The notes: generated by a model from the letters alone, not told the origin. Positions 27,556 through 37,833 are shown, counted from the first letter of the stretch. The stretch: 64,000 bases of DNA from Deltaproteobacteria bacterium (GCA_036528635.1 JAIGNE010000024.1:133079-197078); one strand, 5' to 3'. Numbers and translations are program-made.

Positions 27556-27583
27556 TTGCATGTTTGAGATCGAATGATATAAT
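27556..27583 (+). promoter_or_regulatory. sigma-70-type promoter
   Basis: TTGCAT (27556-27561), a 16-nt spacer, then a perfect TATAAT (27578-27583). This is about 40 nt upstream of the ATG at 27623. Confidence 0.5.
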
Positions 27584-27622
27584 GCGGTTCCATCACGTCA
27601 AGGATATCAAGGAGGATGCACA

Positions 27623-27844
27623 ATGGCGACCATGGATTCAACAACCGCCGCATTTATCAAGGAATATCAGGAAAGGTTCGAAAAAAAATTAAAGGAAAGT
27701 GAGATCGATCTTCTGGAACACTGGAAGGGTCAGCTGGAAAAAATTGAAAATTCAAGACCGGACAGTATCGCGTCTCTGCAAATACAGATCCGGAAGATGG
27801 CGGATATGATGGGTAATCGCATCAAGGTATTGAAAAAGGGATAA
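27623..27844 (+). CDS. small coiled-coil hypothetical protein (73 aa)
   Basis: An AGGAGG Shine-Dalgarno lies 7 nt upstream. The sequence is a charged helix. The stop is 1 nt before the next gene. Confidence 0.55.
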   Translation: MATMDSTTAAFIKEYQERFEKKLKESEIDLLEHWKGQLEKIENSRPDSIASLQIQIRKMADMMGNRIKVLKKG

Positions 27845-27845
27845 A

Positions 27846-28421
27846 ATGGAGAATCTGGCTGATTTCTTATTTGAAGTGGGGATGCTCTGCAAAACCCCCC
27901 GCAGCGGTTACCAGTTTCTGGGCAGCGGCAGAGAATCGGTGGCGGAACATGTGCTGAGAACGGTTTTTGTCGGCTATGCCCTGTGCAAGCTCAATCGATC
28001 GCTCGACGAACTCAGAGTGTTGAAGATGTGCGTTCTCCATGATTTGCCGGAAGCCCGCACGGGAGATATGAACTACGTTAATAAGAAGTATGTGGCCGTC
28101 GATGAAGCCAAGGCCGTCAGGGAATTAACGGAAGGACTTTTTTTCGGAGACGATATCCGGCAGACCATTGATGAGTTTAATGCAAAAGAAACTCCGGAAT
28201 CACGGATTGCCCGCGATGCAGATCAGATTTCGCTGATCCTGCAGCTCAAGGAGTACGGGGATCTGGGTAATAAATATTCCGATGAATGGATCAAGTATGC
28301 TTTACAGAGGCTTTCCACCGAGGAAGGTCGGAAATTGGCGGCCCGCATTGTTCAGACGGATTCGTCACACTGGTGGTTCAAAGAAAAAAGCGACTGGTGG
28401 ATCAACGGAAATAATCAGTAG
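27846..28421 (+). CDS. HD-domain phosphohydrolase (YfbR-like 5'-nucleotidase family)
   Basis: The H...HD...D pattern is present: VAEHVLR, LHDLPEARTGD and ARDADQISL. Confidence 0.8.
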   Translation: MENLADFLFEVGMLCKTPRSGYQFLGSGRESVAEHVLRTVFVGYALCKLNRSLDELRVLKMCVLHDLPEARTGDMNYVNKKYVAVDEAKAVRELTEGLFFGDDIRQTIDEFNAKETPESRIARDADQISLILQLKEYGDLGNKYSDEWIKYALQRLSTEEGRKLAARIVQTDSSHWWFKEKSDWWINGNNQ

Positions 28422-28448
28422 TGCGTTATCGTGCTCGGAAAGGGATGT

Positions 28449-28898
28449 ATGATCAAAAAAACGATTCTTTTGTTTTTCGCCGTCATGCTCGCTATTTCTC
28501 TGATATCCTGCGCCCATGAGTTGGGAGACGGCTTTCGATCGGCGGTGATTTCCAAACCGGAAGAACATAAGCATGTGTATGAGGCCAAAGAGAAAGTTAT
28601 CCTTAAATCGATTGCCGGCGTCCTGGAAGAGAAAAAAATCGGCGATAATATATCCATCGATTATAATCATAACAGAGTCGATTCGGATTACGTGATTTCG
28701 GATGATTGGCGTATCAAAACAAACGCTCGCGTTAAGCGGCTGAACTGGAAGGAATGCGAAGTAAGCCTGATTGTCACGACGGAGAAGAAAACCAAAACCG
28801 GCTGGGAGTTGCGCCGACTGCTGGGCAAGGATCAATATGACAGTTTTTTCAGCGTGATTGACTTGAAAATTTACGAAGAAATGTACAAGGTCGAGTGA
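28449..28898 (+). CDS. hypothetical lipoprotein
   Basis: MIKKTILLFFAVMLAISLISC carries a lipobox. I recognise no family. Confidence 0.6.
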   Translation: MIKKTILLFFAVMLAISLISCAHELGDGFRSAVISKPEEHKHVYEAKEKVILKSIAGVLEEKKIGDNISIDYNHNRVDSDYVISDDWRIKTNARVKRLNWKECEVSLIVTTEKKTKTGWELRRLLGKDQYDSFFSVIDLKIYEEMYKVE

Positions 28899-28934
28899 GG
28901 AAGCAGTCGCAATTTCTTTAAAGGGGGTCACGGT

Positions 28935-29339
28935 ATGGATGCAAAGAAAAAAGTGTCTTCGGTGCTTGAGGAATTTAAAAATTTCGCATTAAAGGGTAAC
29001 GTGGTTGATCTGGCTATCGGTGTGATCATCGGGGCTGCATTCGGCAAAATTGTCGATTCACTGGTGAAGCACATTCTTATGCCGGTCATCAGTGTCTTTA
29101 TCCCGGGCGAACAGGGCTATCTCGCCTGGAAATGGGTGATTAACGGCAAAGAAATTCCGTATGGTTTGTTTATCGGAGAAATCGTCAACTTTCTGATTGT
29201 TGCAATAGCCTTATATATATTTATTGTGAAATTTCTGGGCATGATCATGAAGAAAAAGCAGACAGAAGAGGCCGCACCGCCTCCTCCAACCAAAGATCAG
29301 GAGCTGCTTACGGAAATCAGGGATTTGCTGAAGAAATAA
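28935..29339 (+). CDS. mscL: large-conductance mechanosensitive channel
   Basis: 134 aa with FKNFALKGNVVDLAIGVIIGAAFGKIVDSLV. Confidence 0.93.
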   Translation: MDAKKKVSSVLEEFKNFALKGNVVDLAIGVIIGAAFGKIVDSLVKHILMPVISVFIPGEQGYLAWKWVINGKEIPYGLFIGEIVNFLIVAIALYIFIVKFLGMIMKKKQTEEAAPPPPTKDQELLTEIRDLLKK

Positions 29340-29351
29340 GCATGGAGGAAA

Positions 29352-29398
29352 ATGCAATATCCCGCTTCTGATGAAGCGGGATATTGCATCAGGTTTTT
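29352..29398 (+). terminator. rho-independent terminator of mscL
   Basis: A perfect 17-bp stem pairs atgcaatatcccgcttc (29352-29368) with gaagcgggatattgcat (29373-29389). The loop is tgat, and TTTTT follows at 29394-29398. Confidence 0.85.
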
Positions 29399-29764
29399 AT
29401 TCCACCTTGAACTGAACAGAACATTTCCAGCGGCATCGCGGATTTCGACTTTCCAGTCTCCTTTTTGCCCAAACAGCTTTTTATCCGCCCGGTTCTCCAC
29501 TTCGGACCATTCTTGAGCGGCAGGCGGTTTTTAAATTTTTTTTCCCATTTAAAAGCCAGACAAACGTCACGGTCGTATCCTTGGCAATGTTTCAGGCGTC
29601 GAGGAAACGTAGAATGATTTCGGTGGAGGCGGGGAAGGTATCGGAGACGCCCGGGGAATTGCGGTTATCCACGCCTGTTCCAACCACCAGGCATGTGATG
29701 GTCATCGCCGCGGCTTATAGAAGTAATCTTATTCACGCAGAAATTAATGATGTTAGGATGGAAA

Positions 29765-30817
29765 ATGATCACAAACGAGCACCACATCTTGTCGCGCAAG
29801 TTAAAGTCAGGTTTGGCGATTATTCTGAATCGCCCGGAGGCGCTCAACAGTTTAAGTGAGGAAATGATCGACAGCATCGATTCTCTCCTGAATCTGGCGG
29901 AAGCTGATCCGCGATGCCGGTTTGTTCTGTTTTACAGCAGCAGCCCCAGAGGATTTTGCGCGGGCGGAGATGTCAGGGAACTGGCCCGTCTGGGACGTCT
30001 TAAACAATACGATAAAATCGATTCTTTTTTTCGCAAGGAATACGGCCTTGATTTGAGAATCCATCTTTTTTCAAAGCCGGTGATCGTGCTGGCCGACGGA
30101 GTCACAATGGGGGGCGGATTGGGCATTGCCGCGGGCGCCGGCATCAGCATCGTCACGGAAAGAACCCGCATGGCCATGCCCGAAACGAGAATCGGTTTCT
30201 TTCCGGATGTCGGTTCAACGGGCTGGATGTTCACCCGCTGTCCCAAAGGGTATCCTGAATATCTCGGTCTGACCGGTTATGACATGATCGGCCGCGAGTG
30301 CGTTCGGCTTGGATTTGCAACGCATTACATGAAATCCGACGATATTCCTCAACTGATTGAAAAGCTGGAAAACATTGTACCGGAAGGCCAACCGGGCAAA
30401 GAAAGCTTGTATCATGAACTGCTGGGGAAAATATCCGATTTGACGGATTCTCATTTTCCCGGCAACCCCGCCATGGATGCGTGGGTGGAAAAATATTTTG
30501 CGGGTAAGTCGGATATCAGGGAGATTCTGAAAGCTTTAACAAAATGCTATGAGCAGGAAGATCATTGCAACCAGGTTTTTATTAATATGGCCGAACGGTC
30601 GCCTACCGCTCTGGTTCTGACCTTAAAATTATTGCGTTACAACGAAGGCCGGCCGATTGAAGACGTATTTGCCACGGAATTAAAAGCTGCGAAATATATT
30701 ACCCGCCATTCCGACTATATCGAAGGGGTTCGGGCAAGGCTTGTGGACCGCGATGATGCGCCAAAGTGGAATCCTGACAGGATTGAACACGTTGATCCGT
30801 CAGGATTTAATCCGTGA
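29765..30817 (+). CDS. enoyl-CoA hydratase/isomerase family protein, 3-hydroxyisobutyryl-CoA hydrolase-like
   Basis: The crotonase-fold motifs are FCAGGDV, ADGVTMGGGLGIAAG and MPETRIGFFPDVG, with the long C-terminal domain typical of HIBCH-type members. I chose the start at 29765 (AGGA upstream). The track start is 29747. Confidence 0.82.
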   Translation: MITNEHHILSRKLKSGLAIILNRPEALNSLSEEMIDSIDSLLNLAEADPRCRFVLFYSSSPRGFCAGGDVRELARLGRLKQYDKIDSFFRKEYGLDLRIHLFSKPVIVLADGVTMGGGLGIAAGAGISIVTERTRMAMPETRIGFFPDVGSTGWMFTRCPKGYPEYLGLTGYDMIGRECVRLGFATHYMKSDDIPQLIEKLENIVPEGQPGKESLYHELLGKISDLTDSHFPGNPAMDAWVEKYFAGKSDIREILKALTKCYEQEDHCNQVFINMAERSPTALVLTLKLLRYNEGRPIEDVFATELKAAKYITRHSDYIEGVRARLVDRDDAPKWNPDRIEHVDPSGFNP

Positions 30818-30888
30818 TTGAAGGGTACCTTCGACCACCGCACATTCGTTCAGAAGATGTGTCAGACGCTGCGTCACAAAGCGCGCTG

Positions 30889-31071
30889 CTATTTTTTGTG
30901 ATTGCGGAAAAACCCCATCAGAAATTCGGTATCCTTGGGAGACAAATCAAATTTAAACACGGCCTTTTCGATCAACATGTGCATCGGCTGAGCGGCGCTG
31001 TCCTCCAAACTGGCAGAAATCCATTTAATTGCTTTCTGAATATTTTCACCTTCCGGCATTACTGTTGCCAT
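30889..31071 (-). CDS. small hypothetical protein (60 aa)
   Basis: A strong GAGGAGG Shine-Dalgarno lies 8 nt upstream of the ATG. The ORF has non-biased composition and stands alone. Confidence 0.5.
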   Translation of the reverse strand: MATVMPEGENIQKAIKWISASLEDSAAQPMHMLIEKAVFKFDLSPKDTEFLMGFFRNHKK

Positions 31072-31282
31072 ATCTTAACTCCTCCTCGTTAATGAATAAT
31101 ATTGCTCCCTATCAGAACAAAAAGCATATACGACAAAAACCATTGATCATACATACTACAATCTGATTTAAAAATTAACTAAATTTTACATAAATTTGAC
31201 AGGAGTGTGCTTTATCCGCAGTCTTATGATGAAGGACTGGCGGAAAATACTAAAACCAATTGTCGGCCATTCAATCCTGACA

Positions 31283-31316
31283 ACGGCCCGCACGGTTATC
31301 TGCGGGCCGTTTTTTG
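31283..31316 (+). terminator. orphan rho-independent terminator with no upstream plus-strand CDS
   Basis: A perfect 10-bp GC-rich stem pairs acggcccgca (31283-31292) with tgcgggccgt (31301-31310). The loop is cggttatc and a T-run (31311-31315) follows. Confidence 0.75.
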
Positions 31317-31387
31317 TGCAGGGGCGAGATAGGATTGAAGGGGCTGGCGAAAGAAAAATGTTCTTGTGCAGGCAAAGCTTGTTGTGC

Positions 31388-31416
31388 TTGACAGTGAAAG
31401 AAAAATACCCTAGATT
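31388..31416 (+). promoter_or_regulatory. sigma-70-type promoter of the GerMN/EF-G operon
   Basis: TTGACA (31388-31393), a 17-nt spacer, then TAGATT (31411-31416). This is about 30 nt upstream of the ATG at 31449, which has a GAGGAG Shine-Dalgarno. Confidence 0.5.
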
Positions 31417-31448
31417 GGCCCAGTTTTTTCGATGAGGAGTCACCGTTT

Positions 31449-32072
31449 ATGTCCACTAAAAAGCAGCGCCGGTCTGAAAACTTTAAGGACCGAAAGAAGA
31501 AAAAATCCACCCGGGTTATATATCTCGTCGCCATCATCAGCGGTGTTGTCCTGTTGCTGGTGCTGTTCTTTATTCTGTTGTTTGATGCCCTGTTTCCGCC
31601 GGTTGATATGGAAGCTTTGAAGAAGAAAGAAAAAAGAATCGTTGACATTTATTTTTCCGATCCGCAGGAACGATTCCTGATTGCCGAGAAGCGCTACATT
31701 CAGAAGGAAGACGATGCGGCCGATCAGGCGAAGGAAGTCATCAATGCGCTGCTCGATGGTTCCAAGGCCGGCAATGTCAATACCTTTCCTGCCCATGTTG
31801 CGCTGAGGGAGGTGAAGCTGGATCAAGACGGAACGGCTCAGGTCAATTTCAGCGCTGATTTGACAAAATTGCATCCGGGCGGTTCCACGGCGGAGATGGC
31901 GACCGTCTATTCCTTGACCAATACATTGACGGCCAATGTCCCGGACATCAAGGCTGTGAAAATTCTTGTGGAAGGCAAAGAGCTGGCATCCCTTAAAGGT
32001 CATGTATCCACATCGAATGCTTTCAAGCCGGACCCCGACCTTTATGCGCCGGTCAAAGGCCGGAACAACTGA
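31449..32072 (+). CDS. membrane-anchored GerMN-domain protein
   Basis: A basic N-terminus and one TM helix ([23 protein letters not shown]) are followed by a GerMN-like region (..[50 protein letters not shown]). Confidence 0.65.
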   Translation: MSTKKQRRSENFKDRKKKKSTRVIYLVAIISGVVLLLVLFFILLFDALFPPVDMEALKKKEKRIVDIYFSDPQERFLIAEKRYIQKEDDAADQAKEVINALLDGSKAGNVNTFPAHVALREVKLDQDGTAQVNFSADLTKLHPGGSTAEMATVYSLTNTLTANVPDIKAVKILVEGKELASLKGHVSTSNAFKPDPDLYAPVKGRNN

Positions 32073-32079
32073 TATCATT

Positions 32080-34113
32080 ATGGCGCCAAAATCAAAAATA
32101 TCAAAAATACGTAATATCGGAATTGTCGCTCATATCGACGCCGGCAAGACGACCGTCAGTGAGAGAATTCTTTTTTATACCGGTAAATCCTACAAAATGG
32201 GCGAGGTCCACGACGGCGAGGCAGTAATGGACTGGATGCCCCAGGAGCAGGAACGGGGTATCACCATTACGTCCGCGGTGACGACATGCACCTGGAAAAA
32301 TTCCGAGATTCACATCATCGACACGCCGGGGCACGTTGACTTCACCATTGAAGTCGAACGGTCGCTGCGCGTTCTGGACGGTGCGGTGGTTGTCTTCTGC
32401 GCTGTGGCCGGCGTCGAGCCGCAATCGGAAACCGTCTGGCACCAGGCGGATAAGTACGGTGTTCCCAAGATCGCCTTCATCAATAAGATGGATCGCGTCG
32501 GCGCGGATTATTTTCATGCCGTCGAAATGATGGGTGAGCGTTTCCACTCCAGGCCGGTGCCTGTTCAGATTCCGGTGGGCAGAGAAGACACGTTTCGCGG
32601 AGCCATCGACCTGATCAACCGGAAAATGCTGATCTGGGACGACGGCACGCAAGGCGTGGATTACAGGACAGAAGACATTCCAGAGGATTATGCCGAGAAG
32701 ACTCAGCAAGAGCGGGAGAAAATGATCGAGACGCTCGCTGACTTCGATGATGATCTGGCTGAACAATATTTATCGGGCGAGGAGCTGTCGGTCGCGCAAA
32801 TCAACGCCGCACTTCGCAAAGCGACGATTGCCCTGAAGATTGTTCCGGTTCTGTGCGGTGCAGCGCTCCGGAACAAAGGCATCCAGCCGGTTCTGGACGC
32901 CGTGGTCAATTACTTGCCTTCCCCGGAAGATATTCCGCCGGTCAAAGGCTTTAATCCGAAAACAAAACAAGAAGAGATCAGGCATAGTTCGGATAAAGAA
33001 CCGCTGGCGGCGCTCGCTTTTAAAATTCAGATTGATGAAGGACGCAAGCTTACGTATCTGCGCATTTATTCCGGCCAGATTGCCGCCAATGGCGAAGTTT
33101 ACAATGTCATTAAAAAGAAGAAAGAAAAAGTTGCCCGTCTTTTACAGATGCATTCCAATAAGCGGGAAAGAATCGACAAGGCCTCCGCAGGAGAACTGGT
33201 CGCTGTTCTGGGGTTGAAGGAAACGACGACCGGCGATACCCTCTGCGATGAAGCGCATCCGATCATTCTGGAGCAAATGGAATTTTATGAACCGGTGATC
33301 AGCCAGGCTATTGAAGCCAAAACACCCGCCGACCAGGAAAAATTGGCTCAGGCACTGATCAAACTGACGGATGAAGACCCCACCCTGCGTGTTAAATACG
33401 ATGATGAAACCGCTCAGACAGTCATTTCCGGCATGGGTGAGTTGCACCTGGAGATTATTGTGGACCGGCTCAGCCGGGAATTCAATGCCCATGTGAATGT
33501 CGGGCGACCGCGTGTCGTCTATCGTGAAACGATCCAGAAGTCCGTTGAGACAGAAGGTTTGTTTGATAAGGAACTGGGTGAAAAGAAGCACTTTGGCCGG
33601 GTCCGCATTGAACTGTCGCCGCGCAAACGCGGTACGGGTAACGAAATTATCAATCAACTGTCCGAAGCGATGATCCCCCTTGAATATCATGAATCCATTG
33701 AAGAGGGGCTTCGGGAAGCTATGACCAGCGGCGTGCTGAGCAGCTATCCGGTTATCGATGTCGGCGTTAAAATCACCGGCGGTGCCTATCGCGAGGGAGA
33801 ATCTTCTCCGCAGGCCTTTAAAATTGCCGCTGCCGCCGCTTTCCGCGACGGTTGTCAGTCAGCCGATCCCGTGCTTCTGGAACCGATCATGATGGTGGAT
33901 ATCATCACCCCCAGCGAGTTCATGGGGGATGTGATCGGCGACATCAACGCCCGGCGCGGCGAGATCCAGACGGTCAATCCCAAGGGGCCGATTTCCGAAG
34001 TTAAGGCCAAGGTTCCCCTCAAGGCCATGTTTGGCTATTCCACCGATCTGCGTTCGGCCACGCAAGGCCGTGCTATCTTTACCATGCTTTTTGAAGAGTA
34101 CAACAAGGCGTGA
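32080..34113 (+). CDS. fusA: elongation factor G (possibly a paralog; context differs from the canonical rpsL-rpsG-fusA-tuf arrangement)
   Basis: GTPase motifs [17 protein letters not shown] and NKMD, with full EF-G domains II-V. I chose the start [12 protein letters not shown] at 32080. Confidence 0.9.
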   Translation: MAPKSKISKIRNIGIVAHIDAGKTTVSERILFYTGKSYKMGEVHDGEAVMDWMPQEQERGITITSAVTTCTWKNSEIHIIDTPGHVDFTIEVERSLRVLDGAVVVFCAVAGVEPQSETVWHQADKYGVPKIAFINKMDRVGADYFHAVEMMGERFHSRPVPVQIPVGREDTFRGAIDLINRKMLIWDDGTQGVDYRTEDIPEDYAEKTQQEREKMIETLADFDDDLAEQYLSGEELSVAQINAALRKATIALKIVPVLCGAALRNKGIQPVLDAVVNYLPSPEDIPPVKGFNPKTKQEEIRHSSDKEPLAALAFKIQIDEGRKLTYLRIYSGQIAANGEVYNVIKKKKEKVARLLQMHSNKRERIDKASAGELVAVLGLKETTTGDTLCDEAHPIILEQMEFYEPVISQAIEAKTPADQEKLAQALIKLTDEDPTLRVKYDDETAQTVISGMGELHLEIIVDRLSREFNAHVNVGRPRVVYRETIQKSVETEGLFDKELGEKKHFGRVRIELSPRKRGTGNEIINQLSEAMIPLEYHESIEEGLREAMTSGVLSSYPVIDVGVKITGGAYREGESSPQAFKIAAAAAFRDGCQSADPVLLEPIMMVDIITPSEFMGDVIGDINARRGEIQTVNPKGPISEVKAKVPLKAMFGYSTDLRSATQGRAIFTMLFEEYNKA

Positions 34114-34182
34114 TACGGAGGGGTGCGCGACCGGCTCTGAAAAACTCCTGAACGTCACGTATCCTATGGAAGGGAGGCACGA

Positions 34183-34824
34183 TTGGACGGAAACAAAAAT
34201 ACGGTCATCATCGACCTGACAAATCCGCTGGATGAGTATTACGTTCCCTTTTCGAGGGGGAACTACACCGATCCGCCGCTGGAAGTGAAGGACTGGTCTT
34301 CAATTTCCAGGGAAGGTTTTCGCGTATCACGAATTTCTCTGGGAACACAAAGCGGGACGCATATTGACGCACCGGCCCATTTTCTGGAAAATGGCGTGAC
34401 TCTGGAATCTCTTTCACCGGAACAATTTATCGGAAAGTATTTTTTGCTGAATCTGCCAAACGCGATGTCTCTGCCGGATGTTGCCGAAACGCTTAAGACC
34501 TACCGTGGGGAAAAAATTCTATTTTTACGAACACCGGAAAATCAGTCCGCAAAGCAATCCCGGGAGGCTATCCAATTGATTCTTTCCTTGCCCTCCGTGC
34601 TGCTGGTGCTTTCAGGTGACATTGATGTGGATGATGCCGAACCCTTTGCGTTTCATCGGCTGGTTGCCACAGCAGCAAAATTCCTTGTAGAAGACCTGGA
34701 TCAGAAGGAAGCACACCGCGTTACCGGCAAAGGCGAGATATTTATTTTCCCGTTGCGCCTGTCAGGTGTCAGCGGTTCTCCTTGCCGGGTGGTTGCCCGG
34801 ATACCGGGAAAAAACAACCGGTAA
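34183..34824 (+). CDS. cyclase family protein (kynurenine formamidase-like fold)
   Basis: QSGTHIDAPAHF matches the HxGTHxDxPxH cyclase-family motif except for Gln at the first position. The start is TTG, with GGAAGGGAGG 5-6 nt upstream. Confidence 0.7.
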   Translation: MDGNKNTVIIDLTNPLDEYYVPFSRGNYTDPPLEVKDWSSISREGFRVSRISLGTQSGTHIDAPAHFLENGVTLESLSPEQFIGKYFLLNLPNAMSLPDVAETLKTYRGEKILFLRTPENQSAKQSREAIQLILSLPSVLLVLSGDIDVDDAEPFAFHRLVATAAKFLVEDLDQKEAHRVTGKGEIFIFPLRLSGVSGSPCRVVARIPGKNNR

Positions 34825-34955
34825 TGCAGCATCAGATCATTACAGAATATCCGAAGTATCCGTACAACAATGGGTCACATAAAAAGCCGCTTTGCCTGAA
34901 AGCCGATTTCGACACGTTACAGTGATCTCAGGCGGACTGACAAAAGGAGGATGAC

Positions 34956-36335
34956 ATGGATGTTATTCAATCTTTACGGGAGCGGCTGCGTATTTCCGCA
35001 GTTGTCGAATCTGAACGCGCAGAATACCCGCCGACCTTTTCCAGCGAATTAAATTATCAGTGTGGCCGGATTCTTTTCTTCGCTTCGCTCATCACCGTGG
35101 TGGCCTGGCTGCCCTATATTCCGCTGGATCGAGAGCTGCATCCCGGGGAACCGCTTTTGCCGTTTATACGCATCGGATTGTCCGTTGTCAGTCTGGTCAT
35201 TTTTATCCTCTATCTTACGCGACGGTTTCCTGAATGCAATTTAATGTTTTTAAATATCATCGGAGCCTATCTCGCGATTTCCTGCGGGTTGATCACCGCT
35301 TTGACCAAAGCCGACCCTGTTTATCTGGGAGGAAATCTCTTTATTCTGACATTGCTGGCTGTTGTGCCGGTCAAGCGGTGGGCTGCATTGGCGGTCCTGG
35401 CCGCATCGCTCGCCATGTTTTTCATCGTGGGGTATTGCAAAGGGATGTCCTTTCAATCGGTGAGTGCTCGTTACAGTCTGCATGATCTGTTGACTGTGAC
35501 GGTTGTTGCTGTAATCTTTATTTATCTTCTGGATAGTAAACGCTACGCCAGTTGGTTGAAGTCAAAAAAAATCGAAGAACAGGGAAGAGAATTAAAATCA
35601 GATAAGGAAAAAATTGATAAGCTGCTCCTGAACATTTTACCGTCCGCTGTTGCGGAGGAGCTTAAAGAACAGGGCTATGTCAAGCCAGTATTTTATTCCT
35701 CCGCCACGATTGTTTTCACGGATTTTGTCGGCTTTACTGAAATATCGGAAAAGCTGACTCCCGATCAGCTGGTGCGCGAACTCGATGAATTGTTTTCCCG
35801 GTTTGATCGGGTGATGGATCAATACGGACTGGAAAAGCTGAAAACGATCGGTGATTCTTATATGTATGCAGGGGGAGTTCCTGTTGCCAATTCTACCCAT
35901 GCCATTGATGCGGTGCTGGGCGCACTGGAAATTCAGTCGCTGGTCGAGGAGGTCAATCGAAAGAAAGCATGCTACGGACGTCCGGTATTTGAGATCCGCA
36001 TCGGCATCCATTCCGGTCCGCTAATGGCTGGTGTTGTAGGTCAAAAGAAATTCGTTTATGATGTTTGGGGTGATTCGGTCAACCTGGCCAGCCGGATGGA
36101 ATCCTCCGGGGAGAAGGGGCGGGTCAATATTTCGGAATCAACCTATCTCCGGATCAAAGATTATTTTGAAACCGAAGCCCGCGGACGAATCCTGGCGAAA
36201 AATAAAGGGGCGGTGGATATGTATTTTGTGAAAAGAATCAAACGGGAACTTTCTTCAGACGCCGCCGGCTTGATGCCTGCTGAATGTTTCCGGGAATCTT
36301 ACCGAACGATTCGGGAAAACGGGTTGAGGCGATAA
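34956..36335 (+). CDS. membrane-bound class III adenylate/guanylate cyclase
   Basis: The N-terminal half is about 6 TM helices. A coiled coil follows, then a CYCc domain (ATIVFTDFVGFTEISEKL..KTIGDSYMYAGG..IGIHSGPLMAGVVG..YDVWGDSVNLASRMES). Confidence 0.88.
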   Translation: MDVIQSLRERLRISAVVESERAEYPPTFSSELNYQCGRILFFASLITVVAWLPYIPLDRELHPGEPLLPFIRIGLSVVSLVIFILYLTRRFPECNLMFLNIIGAYLAISCGLITALTKADPVYLGGNLFILTLLAVVPVKRWAALAVLAASLAMFFIVGYCKGMSFQSVSARYSLHDLLTVTVVAVIFIYLLDSKRYASWLKSKKIEEQGRELKSDKEKIDKLLLNILPSAVAEELKEQGYVKPVFYSSATIVFTDFVGFTEISEKLTPDQLVRELDELFSRFDRVMDQYGLEKLKTIGDSYMYAGGVPVANSTHAIDAVLGALEIQSLVEEVNRKKACYGRPVFEIRIGIHSGPLMAGVVGQKKFVYDVWGDSVNLASRMESSGEKGRVNISESTYLRIKDYFETEARGRILAKNKGAVDMYFVKRIKRELSSDAAGLMPAECFRESYRTIRENGLRR

Positions 36336-36441
36336 ATCATTGGCAAGACGGTTCTTTGACGACCGGGAACATGGGGGGAAGCTATGGACTTTACGAGCGA
36401 AAGCCGCGCCGTATAAGGCAGGAACCCGGTGCGGACGATGG

Positions 36442-37833
36442 CTAATCCACCCAGTCACCGGCGATATTTAAACGCTTCAGCTTTTCGACCAGTGTCGTGC
36501 GGTTAAGGTTGAGAAGCTTGGCCGCGCGGTTTTTGACGCCACCGCTCATTTTCAGAGCCTTGAGGAGAAGTTCTTTTTCCAAACGGCTGATATAACCGTT
36601 AAAGTCGATGCCGTCTTCTGAAAGAGTCATGTCTGTGTTCGCCGGGGGCCCATTGGGGACATTGCGGATTTTTACCGGTAAATCTTCGATACAAATATCT
36701 CCTTCTTCTTTCATGACGACCAGCATTTCGATCAGGTTCTGCAGTTCCCGAACATTGCCCGGCCAGTGATAATGCATGAGATGATTTACAACATCGGGCG
36801 AAATGTGCCCGACATTTTTTCTTTTGAGTTTGTTGAAGGTCATTAAAAAGTGATTCGCGAGGATCAGGATATCGGAGCCGCGTTCTCTGAGCGCGGGCAG
36901 ATTAATCGGAATGACATTAATCCGGTAGAAAAGATCTTCGCGGAATTGCTTTTCTGCGACTGCCTTTTCCAGATTTTGATTGGTGGCAGCGATAATACGG
37001 ACATCGGCATTAATGGTTTTGACGCCGCCGATCCGTTCAAACTGTTTTTCCTGAATGACCCTCAGGACCTTGACTTGAAGCGCCGGGCTCATATCTCCGA
37101 TTTCATCAAGAAATATTGTGCCGCCCTGAGCCAGTTCGAATCTTCCCAGTCGGTTGCGGATGGCGCCGGTGAACGCGCCTTTTTCATGTCCGAAGAGTTC
37201 GCTTTCCAGCAATTCTTCCGGGATAGCGCCGCAGTTCACGGGAATCATCGGTTGATTCCTGCGATCGCTTTTATAATGAATCGCACGCGCCACGAGCTCT
37301 TTGCCGGTTCCGCTTTCGCCGGTGATCAGAACGGTGCTGTCGGAATTGGATACCTTGTCAATGGTATCGAAAACTTTCTTCATACAGTCGCTGTAGCCGA
37401 TGATTTTGTCGAAATCCTGCTTTTCCCTGAGGTGTTCCTTTAATGACATGTTCTCGTCGCGGAGCCTGGCGAAATTGATCGCGCGGCTGACCGATAATTT
37501 GACCAGATCATCTTTGATGGGCTTGGTGATAAAGTCGAAAGCGCCCATTTTCATCGCGGAGACGGCGGCGTTGACCGTGCCGTGCCCGGTGATCATAATG
37601 ACGATATTGTCTTTATTGGTATCCTTGATGTATTTGAGAAATTCCAGTCCGTCCACGTGGGGCATTCGCAGATCGGTAATGATAATGTCGTATTTTTCTT
37701 CAAGAAAAGATTCAATACCTTCGCGACCGTCATTGACCGCCTTGACGTCGTATCCTTCTTCTCTCAGAATTTCAGTAAGCGTTTCTTTGTTGAGTTCGTT
37801 GTCATCGGCGATGAGTATCTTTCCATTTTTCAT
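36442..37833 (-). CDS. NtrC-family sigma-54-dependent response regulator
   Basis: The REC domain has ILIADD..DIIITDLRMPHVDG. The AAA+ domain has GESGTGKE and GAFTGA. A C-terminal Fis-type HTH is present. Confidence 0.92.
   Translation of the reverse strand: MKNGKILIADDNELNKETLTEILREEGYDVKAVNDGREGIESFLEEKYDIIITDLRMPHVDGLEFLKYIKDTNKDNIVIMITGHGTVNAAVSAMKMGAFDFITKPIKDDLVKLSVSRAINFARLRDENMSLKEHLREKQDFDKIIGYSDCMKKVFDTIDKVSNSDSTVLITGESGTGKELVARAIHYKSDRRNQPMIPVNCGAIPEELLESELFGHEKGAFTGAIRNRLGRFELAQGGTIFLDEIGDMSPALQVKVLRVIQEKQFERIGGVKTINADVRIIAATNQNLEKAVAEKQFREDLFYRINVIPINLPALRERGSDILILANHFLMTFNKLKRKNVGHISPDVVNHLMHYHWPGNVRELQNLIEMLVVMKEEGDICIEDLPVKIRNVPNGPPANTDMTLSEDGIDFNGYISRLEKELLLKALKMSGGVKNRAAKLLNLNRTTLVEKLKRLNIAGDWVD

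Noticed and set aside
29297-29500. 67-aa minus-strand ORF downstream of mscL.
   Set aside because: It has a GTG start with no ribosome-binding site, reads through both arms of the mscL terminator hairpin, and ends inside mscL.
31196-31435. 79-aa plus-strand ORF, and the minus-strand ORFs 31186-31443, 31271-31648 and 31440-32078.
   Set aside because: The plus-strand ORF reads through a perfect intrinsic terminator and the downstream promoter. The minus-strand ORFs oppose the GerMN gene. None has a Shine-Dalgarno or recognisable motifs.
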